Part shown: in pieces, positions 26,577-34,200 of the stretch
How the letters are laid out: the number at the start of each line of letters is the position of its first letter
Numbering within the stretch: the first letter of the stretch is position 1
Assembly (NCBI GenBank): GCA_965223795.1
Contig: CBDCXL010000002.1
Coordinates: 577,036-641,035 of the forward strand
Source of the DNA: Nitrospinales bacterium
GTDB taxonomy: Bacteria > Nitrospinota > Nitrospinia > Nitrospinales > VA-1
Length of the DNA stretch: 64,000 nucleotides
Direction of reading: 5' to 3'
The notes under the pieces: generated by a model
The model's database searches: none
Seen by the model: only the letters and a program-made list of their open reading frames with translations
What the model was told of the DNA's origin: nothing
Translations under genes and position numbers: made by a program

Positions 26577-27395
26577 CTAACGGGGTTCGCATTCCGCAGG
26601 AGCATTTGCAATCAGATCGTTTTCCATACTGTAGGACAAAGAACGGAATTCCGGTTCTTCCACCTTGATCGGCTGGATGTCCAGAAGCGTGTTTTCGTTC
26701 CTGAGAAAAATCGACAGGATATCGACGATGTCCTTGTACAGTCCGCGTTCCGCCTTGCGGGACGTGAAGATGCAAAACAAAGGAGCCCAGCGTCCAACAT
26801 GGTTGCGCATGAATTTCTTCATGCTGCTGAGCAGGACTCCGATCTTTCGCTCGTCATGACCGTTCTGGATTCCATATGCAGTCCTGAAGCACATGTAATA
26901 CATGAAGGCCAGTTCAATCGAAATATGGTCCAGGCGTTCCTTCGAACGTTTCCTCGGCAATTCGAAACCGAAGGTTTCAAAAAAGCCGCCCAGCTGGATC
27001 AATACGTCCGTCTGGGACTGGATCCCGCCTTCCGTACCATACTGCATTTCGTATGGAGGACACTCCATAGAAACCGCATGCCCGAAAACGTGGATGTACT
27101 CTTTCTGCACCTGCTGGACGGTCATTTTCGGCAGGTATTTGCTGAATCCGCTCACAATGGATTCAACCTGCTTCCAATCGTCCTCGTCCACAAGGGCGAT
27201 ATCCATGGGTTCGAGTAAAGATTTGGGACGGAAAAACTTGCGATTCCAGGGATAACTCAAGGCACGTGAAAGAATATCGTATATCCGTCCTCGCGCGAGG
27301 TTTAGGGATATTCTCTGTTCTTTCAGTTCTTCAAGAGTGCCGGTTTCCCCAAGTTTCGCCAACATGGGATCCGATGCTTGAGTCACGTTCGCCAT
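26577..27395 (-). CDS. TorD/NarJ-family redox-enzyme maturation chaperone
   Basis: 272 aa. The family pattern is QKEYIHVFG ... CPPYEMQYG ... GGFFETFGFEL ... RLDHISIELAFMYYM. It lies between nxrB and nxrC. Confidence 0.75.
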   Translation of the reverse strand: MANVTQASDPMLAKLGETGTLEELKEQRISLNLARGRIYDILSRALSYPWNRKFFRPKSLLEPMDIALVDEDDWKQVESIVSGFSKYLPKMTVQQVQKEYIHVFGHAVSMECPPYEMQYGTEGGIQSQTDVLIQLGGFFETFGFELPRKRSKERLDHISIELAFMYYMCFRTAYGIQNGHDERKIGVLLSSMKKFMRNHVGRWAPLFCIFTSRKAERGLYKDIVDILSIFLRNENTLLDIQPIKVEEPEFRSLSYSMENDLIANAPAECEPR

Positions 27396-27531
27396 ATTCG
27401 ATAATCTCCAAAATCCCCGAAGGTTACCCGCAATCCGGAGCAGGGAGTGGAATCTCCCTGCCCCGGCGTTGCAGGATGAGCTCTTGCTTCAAGCGAGTCC
27501 CGGTTAAGGGCTTTCGCCTTCACTTCACTCC

Positions 27532-28809
27532 TTAGATGGCGCCGACATGCTCCTCGGGCCGGACGTAGAAAGGCTCTTCAACCGTCACGCGGATGACTTC
27601 CTTTCCTTTCCGGTTGAACCCGATGATCGTGTCGTTGTACATCTCAAACTTCTTGCCGTGAATGTTGGTCTCGAAGATCTTCGGACCCGGCTCACGTTTC
27701 CATTTGAAGATGATGCGCTGTGTCGTCCTAAAGAGCTGAAGGACGCCCAGCAGATCCCGGTCCGGAACCATGTACTGATCGATCGCATGGTCGACGCCCG
27801 GTCCGAACATCTGCTGTGAATAGGCCCTGGGAACGTGCCGCGACGGTACGTAGTAACCGTTCGGCTCGGTGCCCAGCTGCGGATACAGCGGCAGTGCGAC
27901 TTTGCGGTCCCGGATCATGTAATACTGCGGATTCTCGGGATCGTGCGCCCATTCGCCGTTGCTGCCTATCTTCACCAGACCCTGAAGGCGAATCTTGCCG
28001 ACACAGGCGGCCATGCAGCGGGTCTCCATCTGATCGCCTTCCGTCAACGGATCCAGTCCTTCGATCCTCGGGTAACAGGCGATGCATTTCTCGGAGATCC
28101 GCGTCGTGCCGCGGAACATCGGCTTTTTGTAAGGACACTGCTCAACGCACTTTTTGTAACCACGGCAGCGCGACTGGTCGATCAGAACGATGCCGTCCTC
28201 CTGGCGCTTGTAGATCGCCTTACGGGGACACGCCGCCAGACAGCCCGGATACGTGCAGTGGTTGCAGATGCGCTGGACATAGAAAAACCAGATTTTGTGC
28301 TCGGGCAGCACCGAACGCGTTCCGTTGTCGCCGCCGAAGGTGCCTTCGCGGGACTGCGTGAACTCGCGGCCGTGAGCGGTGTCTTCGCCGAAGTTCGGGA
28401 AGCGCCACTCTTCGTCCGTCGGTACGTAACCGATCGCTTGCTGGTTCAAACCGATCTTGGCAGGCGCTTCGAAAATCGTCACGCCTTCGTACACGCCGTG
28501 GATCGCCTTGTTGGAAGTCTTGCGGACGTTCCACACGTTCTGACCCGGATTGGACTGCTCAAGCATCTTCAAGATCTTCCAATCCCAGAACTGCGGGTAA
28601 CCGCCGTAAGGCTTCGTTTCAACGTTGTTCCACCACATATACTCCTGGCCCTTGGAGAAGGTCCAGGTGGATTTATGGGCCATCGTACACGTCTGACAAG
28701 CAATGCAGCGGTTCGTGTTGAACACGAACGTAAACTGCTCTTTCGGATGCTTCTCTTCGTATACGTAAGTAGACATCCGGCCCAGTTGCCAGTTATAGAC
28801 TTCAGGCAT
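27532..28809 (-). CDS. nxrB: nitrite oxidoreductase beta subunit (Fe-S subunit of a type II DMSO reductase family enzyme)
   Basis: 425 aa. The Cys clusters are CIACQTC, CNHCTYPGCLAACP, CRGYKKCVEQCP, CIACYPR and CMAAC. A perfect TAAGGAGG Shine-Dalgarno is present. Confidence 0.8.
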   Translation of the reverse strand: MPEVYNWQLGRMSTYVYEEKHPKEQFTFVFNTNRCIACQTCTMAHKSTWTFSKGQEYMWWNNVETKPYGGYPQFWDWKILKMLEQSNPGQNVWNVRKTSNKAIHGVYEGVTIFEAPAKIGLNQQAIGYVPTDEEWRFPNFGEDTAHGREFTQSREGTFGGDNGTRSVLPEHKIWFFYVQRICNHCTYPGCLAACPRKAIYKRQEDGIVLIDQSRCRGYKKCVEQCPYKKPMFRGTTRISEKCIACYPRIEGLDPLTEGDQMETRCMAACVGKIRLQGLVKIGSNGEWAHDPENPQYYMIRDRKVALPLYPQLGTEPNGYYVPSRHVPRAYSQQMFGPGVDHAIDQYMVPDRDLLGVLQLFRTTQRIIFKWKREPGPKIFETNIHGKKFEMYNDTIIGFNRKGKEVIRVTVEEPFYVRPEEHVGAI

Positions 28810-28861
28810 TATCGTACCTCCTTAGCTTACTGTGTGTTCAGTTCCGTTAAATACCGGATGC

Positions 28862-28889
28862 GGCGGGCTCCCCACAAGGGAAGCCCGCC
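28862..28889 (-). other. strong intercistronic hairpin between nxrA and nxrB
   Basis: On the minus strand, GGCGGGCTTCCC-TTGT-GGGGAGCCCGCC pairs at 11/12 positions. No T-run follows. Confidence 0.5.
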
Positions 28890-28899
28890 AACACCAGAT

Positions 28900-31800
28900 T
28901 TAAATCTTCACGCGGACGTACTGACCTGCAAGGTACATTTCCGCGAATCGGTCTTTCAACGGTGACTCCGGGGTGTAACCCGTTCGCACGGGCTCCCACA
29001 GTCCTTTACCATGGAGACCACCATCCTCGGCCTTGGAGAATTTAACCAGCGTCTCTTTCGGAACTGCGTTGATCGCATGGTTATCCGCTTCGTAACCGTG
29101 GAGGAACTTCATCTTGGTTTTTGCCTTATGGAACAGACTGTCCGTCTGATGCATGGGCATCAACCAGGACCGCGTGATGGACTGCTGACCGCCGTACCGG
29201 AAGTTGGACTGATACGGAGTGGTCATCGACATGGCGCGGCCGTCGGGGCGTTCTTCATGGGCCTTGACGGTACGCTCGGTGCCGGTCCACGTGGCGTGTT
29301 TCATCATGGTGGTATGGTACGGATATGCCGGGTTGTACTTCGCCCGCAGCATGAGCCGTGCCACTTTGTACCTCGGATCCGACGGTTTCCAACCCATGTA
29401 CGGCCGGTCAGCGGGATTCGCGTCGCAGTATACATAGTCACCGTCGTTGATACCCAGGTCTTTACACAGGAACGGGTTCATGTGCACCTGCCACTCACCA
29501 ACACCCGGAGAACGCTTATCCATGCGGTAAGGATCGCCGAAGTTGTTGTTCCAGATCATATTCCAGTCCGTGGTGGCCCAGGAAGAATGCGCGGTATGTC
29601 TGGATTTCGGAGTGACGCAGTAGAACCGGTACCCCTTCTCCCACAAGAAGTTCTTGGTCGTACGCACTGCGGACCAGGGCTTCTTGATGTTACGGACGTG
29701 GCGCAGATCCGGATCCTGCTCGTCTTCCGGAATGCCGTAGTCGTCCGGCCGGATGTAGGGGTTGGTGGACACGATCACGTTCGGCAGATAAGGCGTCGCT
29801 TCAGGTCCTTCACGATGGACGATGAAGTTTTCGCCCCACTCGATCGCTTCCGGTTCGTCATTGTAGAACTGGATGCGGCCGTTCGGAGTGTAGAAAGGCT
29901 TCGACTCCGTGAACATCTCCCAGAACGGAGACCGCGGATAGGTCCGGTACAGCATCAAACAACATCCCGGCTCACCGTACTTGCCGTTGATGATGTCGTC
30001 GATGTTGTAGCCCATACCCGTGGTGGAGGTAGTGAATACCCGGCGAATCATGGCTTTCGTCCGGTTGGGCGCTTCGCCTTCATATACTTTCATATGATCG
30101 GCAAACCGCTTGTCACCGGTGACTTCCGCCAGACGCTTGGAGAATTCACGATGCATCAGGTTGTCGTCGATGGTGTCGAAGATCGGCTTGATGCCGGTGC
30201 CGCCCCAGATCTGATGGAACGGGTTCGAACACGCGGACGTGATCTCGTAAGACTCGAATTCCGCCCAGGAGTTCGGCGCCAAAACGATGTCCGAGTACTC
30301 GCAGGATCCGGTGAACTCGATGTCCTGAGCCACGATCATGTCGACGTTGTTGTTGGTGTTGAACACCAGCTCGTAGAACCACTTCGCGTTGTTGATGACG
30401 TTGACGTTAACGAACCAAACAAGCTTAGTGGGCGTCGGCATATGGGTGCGGCCGGTGAACACTTTCCGTCCATACCGCGGGGTATTGACGACCAGCGCTT
30501 TATCGCGGTGCGCCCAGTATCCGACTTCCTCACCCTTCAGGTAACCCTTGACGTTCTTCCAGTCGATGTTCTTGGCCGGATCGAGAACGGTGTTGAAGGG
30601 ATCTTCCGCGACCATCGCGGCGAAACCAGGTCCTGACCAGTGGGAACCCTGGTAGTTGCCGGCTTTGTAGTTGCCCGCCCAGGTGTGGGAACCGGAGCCT
30701 TTCGGGCCTACGTTACCGGTCAGCATCAGGGGCACATAAGAAGCCCGGTTGTGCATCGTGGCGTGGAAGTAATGGTTGATGCCTTCCCCGTAGTGGATCT
30801 CAACCGGCTTGATGGTGCCGATGTCGCGGGCAACACGAAGCACGAGATCACGCGGGGCGTGACTGATCTGATTGACGGTATCCAGATCGTAGTCTTTCAG
30901 ATGTACTTTGTACATCTCGTACAGAGGCATGACGGTGATCGTCTTGCCGCTCACGAGCTTGATGTCATAAACACCGTCCAGTGCAGGATCGATGTTTTTC
31001 TTCTTCATCTTCGCGCCGATGTCTTCGCGGTTGATCGCAACCGGTTTGTCCGAGTTGGTATCCCACACGACGAAATCGGGCATCTTGTCACGGTTGAAGT
31101 TGGCCATCCACTTCGTGGTCGCTCCATCCTTCGGCAGGGCCTGAGCCTTGTAGCCGGGGATGAAATCGTCCGGATGCAGACGGATCAGGTTGTCCGTTCG
31201 CACCAGAAGCGGCATGTCGGTGTACTCCTTAACGTAGTCCACATCGACCAGACCTTCTTCCATGATGATCTTCGCACAGCCCAGAAAGATGGAGATGTCC
31301 GAAAGACCCGCACGCACCGGAACCCAGTAGTCCGCCTTGGTTGCCGGCGGGTTGTACTCCGGAGCGATCGCAACGAGCGTGCCGCCGCGTTCCATGATCT
31401 CCGTGTACCAGTGGGCTTCCGGCATCTTGTTCTCGATCAGGTTCTTACCCCACTGAATCGTCATCTTCGCATACCGGTGGTCGGCGAAGTCGATGTCGGA
31501 GGTCTGCATTCCGTGCGTCCAGGAATGCCCCGGCGCCTGGTCGCCGTGCCAGGTGTAGTTCGACCATGCGCGGCCGCCCAATACCTGTCCCGGTCCCCGG
31601 CCCCGAATGATCGAGTCCAGAAGGGCCACCTGGTTGCCCAGGCGGTAAATGCCGTACTTGCCGATAACGCCGAGAAGTCCCATGCCGCCGCGGTACTTGA
31701 AAGTACGCGGGCCGGAACCGCCCATCGCTTCGATCATTTCAGGCTGATAACCTTCGTTCTTCAGGCGCTGGGCACCGCGGGCGCCGCTGTATGCTTTTGC

Positions 31801-32361
31801 AACGGCCACGTGGCCTTTCGCCAGATAGGTGAAGGTCTGATCCCAGGTCAAACGGACGAACTCGTCCGTGCCCCGGCTGGTGAACTTATATTTTTCGCGG
31901 TTTTCTTTATCCAGAAACGGAAAACCGTCGTCCGCCCACTGTTTCCAGCCGACGCGGATCATCGGATACTTGTTCCGATAAGGTCCGTACGCCCGGCGGG
32001 GATAGGTCATGCCACGCAGACACATGCGCGGGTTCCACGCTGCGTCGGCCTGGTTGCCGTAAAGGTCGCGGACTTTGTGATGATCGTAGTTCTGCTCGAT
32101 ACGCATCAGGATGCCGTTACGAACGAATCCGCGTACGCGGCACTGATGGGTGTCGTTGGGCGAACAGCAGTAGGTGAAAGACCGCTCATACTTGTACTGA
32201 TCGCGGTACACTTCCTCCCAACGCCGGTCGGGATAGGATTCCAACGGGTTTCCTACCTTCACTACGGGCTTTAACTGAGCTCCTACCTTCTTGCTGGAAA
32301 GGGCCATAGCTGTCGCTACACCAGCACTCACCTGCAAGAATTTCCTTCTGTTTAACCTCAT
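28900..32361 (-). CDS. nxrA: nitrite oxidoreductase alpha subunit, periplasmic type (Mo-bisPGD, Tat-exported)
   Basis: 1153 aa. The twin-arginine signal is MRLNRRKFLQVSAGVATAMALS and the FS0 Cys segment is FTYCCSPNDTHQCRVRGF. The size and the 425-aa beta partner fit the Nitrospira/Nitrospina/anammox NXR better than Nar, Ser, Pcr or Ebd enzymes. A GGGAGGG Shine-Dalgarno is present. Confidence 0.78.
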   Translation of the reverse strand: MRLNRRKFLQVSAGVATAMALSSKKVGAQLKPVVKVGNPLESYPDRRWEEVYRDQYKYERSFTYCCSPNDTHQCRVRGFVRNGILMRIEQNYDHHKVRDLYGNQADAAWNPRMCLRGMTYPRRAYGPYRNKYPMIRVGWKQWADDGFPFLDKENREKYKFTSRGTDEFVRLTWDQTFTYLAKGHVAVAKAYSGARGAQRLKNEGYQPEMIEAMGGSGPRTFKYRGGMGLLGVIGKYGIYRLGNQVALLDSIIRGRGPGQVLGGRAWSNYTWHGDQAPGHSWTHGMQTSDIDFADHRYAKMTIQWGKNLIENKMPEAHWYTEIMERGGTLVAIAPEYNPPATKADYWVPVRAGLSDISIFLGCAKIIMEEGLVDVDYVKEYTDMPLLVRTDNLIRLHPDDFIPGYKAQALPKDGATTKWMANFNRDKMPDFVVWDTNSDKPVAINREDIGAKMKKKNIDPALDGVYDIKLVSGKTITVMPLYEMYKVHLKDYDLDTVNQISHAPRDLVLRVARDIGTIKPVEIHYGEGINHYFHATMHNRASYVPLMLTGNVGPKGSGSHTWAGNYKAGNYQGSHWSGPGFAAMVAEDPFNTVLDPAKNIDWKNVKGYLKGEEVGYWAHRDKALVVNTPRYGRKVFTGRTHMPTPTKLVWFVNVNVINNAKWFYELVFNTNNNVDMIVAQDIEFTGSCEYSDIVLAPNSWAEFESYEITSACSNPFHQIWGGTGIKPIFDTIDDNLMHREFSKRLAEVTGDKRFADHMKVYEGEAPNRTKAMIRRVFTTSTTGMGYNIDDIINGKYGEPGCCLMLYRTYPRSPFWEMFTESKPFYTPNGRIQFYNDEPEAIEWGENFIVHREGPEATPYLPNVIVSTNPYIRPDDYGIPEDEQDPDLRHVRNIKKPWSAVRTTKNFLWEKGYRFYCVTPKSRHTAHSSWATTDWNMIWNNNFGDPYRMDKRSPGVGEWQVHMNPFLCKDLGINDGDYVYCDANPADRPYMGWKPSDPRYKVARLMLRAKYNPAYPYHTTMMKHATWTGTERTVKAHEERPDGRAMSMTTPYQSNFRYGGQQSITRSWLMPMHQTDSLFHKAKTKMKFLHGYEADNHAINAVPKETLVKFSKAEDGGLHGKGLWEPVRTGYTPESPLKDRFAEMYLAGQYVRVKI

Positions 32362-32500
32362 AAAACTTGCCCTCCCTTTTGGCTTTTTTCAAATACAGCC
32401 AATGGAATTAATGTTTGAGCTCTGTTTACAACAGCACACTTCCTGTATGCCTTCGAAAATACCCTCCCTTCTTGAAATAGTCGTTTCACTTATAACTCAC

Positions 32501-32517
32501 ATTCGTGGGTCACGAAT
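32501..32517. promoter_or_regulatory. perfect palindrome ATTCGTG-N3-CACGAAT about 140 nt upstream of nxrA
   Basis: It has 7-bp arms and a 3-nt spacer, and starts 18 nt downstream of the stop of the preceding gene. It could be an operator or a small hairpin. Confidence 0.35.
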
Positions 32518-32534
32518 TAACATGATCGGCCGGA

Positions 32535-33755
32535 TCAACCGACTCCGGCCCTCAACTCATACACTTCGATGCAACGGTCACAGGCCCCGTCCTTGCTTTC
32601 CCAGTCGGGAAAATCAATCTGGATGGCCTCGATGACCATTTCATCGCAGATACTCTCGGGATCGTCCACCCAGTTGTAAGTGGGAAACTTGCACAACGGG
32701 CACGGGGATCCCTGCAAATGGATATAGTCTCTCTCCTCTTCCGCCAACTCCGCTTCATCAACATACTTGGCCATCAGCGTGTCCAGATCGGTGGCCATCG
32801 ACAACAATTCCTCATGGGTGAACACTTCGGTGCGCCACAAGCCTTCGAAGATACCCTTACGCTGACCATCCGGAATTTTGCGGTAAAAGTTGTCGAATTC
32901 GCGGTAGCGGGATTCTTTGGACATAACGGACACAACGCCCATTCTGGCCAATCGCGCATCCACATAAACGTTCCACAACAGGCGGAAGCGTGCGGTGATC
33001 ATGTTCTTGACCGACGGATTACCGGGAATGAAGGAATCCTCGTAGTCAAACTCAGGATCGACCATATCCTTCGCATGCATGAACTCGTGGATGAGAAACG
33101 CATCCAGCTCCTGGACTTCCTCAGGATTGCTGAAACGGCTCGCCAGAACCCGCATCTCGATGATGGGCTTGTTGGAGGTTCGCGCCAGAACATTCGAACC
33201 TTCATCAACCTTGTTGATCGCCCGTTTGACCGTGACCTCCTGAATTCGTTCTTCAAAGTCACGCGCCAGATCGTAGGCGATCTCGCCTTCATCGATGTCG
33301 TCTTGGGGCTGATCTGAAACTTCGGAAGCGTCTTCTTGGGTGGGGACAGGCTGATCCTGCTCGGTGGGAGTGCTTTCTAGGGTTTCGCCTTGGGATGCTT
33401 CCGGGGAAGAAGCGTCTTCTTCTAGGGTTTCGCCGGACGTTTCTTCCGCTGATGGATCCTGCAACTGGTGGGATTGAGGAGCCTTATTGCGGCCAACGGA
33501 GCGCTGACTCTTTGGAATCAGGCCAACCGCCTCTAAGGCTCGCAGCACATGTTCCCCGAGTTTCAGCTTCTCTATGAAGAACAGGCGGTTTACTTTCTCA
33601 AACGCCTCTTCGCGGTCGTCCTCGGGGAGTTCGTATATGGGGTCCGCAAGGGAATGGTATTCATCATAATCGGCACGGAACCCGGAACGCTCATGGTGGT
33701 TCAGGTGCCTGAATACGGCTTCTTCCATCAATTGCGGGCTGTAGGTAACTTTCAT
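32535..33755 (-). CDS. hypothetical protein with an HExxH motif, an acidic low-complexity linker and a C-terminal CxxC...CxxC zinc-ribbon
   Basis: 406 aa. It contains FLIHEFMHAKD, a roughly 90-aa Glu/Asp/Ser/Pro-rich linker with GETLE repeats, and a C-terminus CPLCKF ... CDRCIEVY. It lies immediately upstream of nxrA on the same strand. Confidence 0.6.
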   Translation of the reverse strand: MKVTYSPQLMEEAVFRHLNHHERSGFRADYDEYHSLADPIYELPEDDREEAFEKVNRLFFIEKLKLGEHVLRALEAVGLIPKSQRSVGRNKAPQSHQLQDPSAEETSGETLEEDASSPEASQGETLESTPTEQDQPVPTQEDASEVSDQPQDDIDEGEIAYDLARDFEERIQEVTVKRAINKVDEGSNVLARTSNKPIIEMRVLASRFSNPEEVQELDAFLIHEFMHAKDMVDPEFDYEDSFIPGNPSVKNMITARFRLLWNVYVDARLARMGVVSVMSKESRYREFDNFYRKIPDGQRKGIFEGLWRTEVFTHEELLSMATDLDTLMAKYVDEAELAEEERDYIHLQGSPCPLCKFPTYNWVDDPESICDEMVIEAIQIDFPDWESKDGACDRCIEVYELRAGVG

Positions 33756-34200
33756 CTGCCCATTTCTATTAAGATAAAGCGGTCAGCGTGCAAGGATCGA
33801 TATTAAGTTTTCCCGGCGTCTTTTTACCCTAGATGGAGTAAGTTATATGTAACTTCAAAGCCATTGTCAAGACAAACCCATCATTTTTTTTGGGGAAAAA
33901 CTGGGGAAAAACTTTGAATTTTCCCGCCTCTTCGGCACGCGAGGAGAGATTTTTTCTACTGCGATCCCATTTGCCAACAACTATTTGATTTGCCTAAAGT
34001 TTTTACAAAAAAACAGTGCGATAGAAAGGTTTTTCAGACACATCGGGCGGGAACCCACTGGCCTTGATCTCAAAATCCACAATATGGATCACAGCCCCTT
34101 ATCACAATTCCTAATTTCTCACTAAAAATCCGGAATCACGATCCCGCCCTCAATTCAGAGACTTGTGCCGGACAGCCTGACCGGCTTTTGTTCGGACTGC

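Noticed and set aside
29011-32274. Two long ORFs (541 and 544 aa) antisense to nxrA. The same applies to 27835-28965 (antisense to nxrB) and 25535-26491 (antisense to nxrC).
   Set aside because: They mirror the frames of genes that carry clear Mo-enzyme and Fe-S signatures. Their composition is low-complexity, and they lack Shine-Dalgarno sites.
33891-33912. A tandem 11-bp direct repeat (TGGGGAAAAAC x2) followed by the inverted sequence TTTTCCC, in the region upstream of the HExxH gene. I checked it as a possible CRISPR or tandem-repeat locus.
   Set aside because: There are only two units and no spacers, so it is far too short for a CRISPR array. It is most likely a small hairpin or slippage duplication of unknown significance.
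23498-34200. A possible compositional island covering the nxr operon and its flanking orphan genes.
   Set aside because: Hand counts of 60-nt samples gave 47-58% GC here and 58-62% in pnp and aspS. The difference is modest and overlaps, and it could simply reflect codon bias in highly expressed genes. It needs a computed GC3 or k-mer profile before any horizontal-transfer claim.
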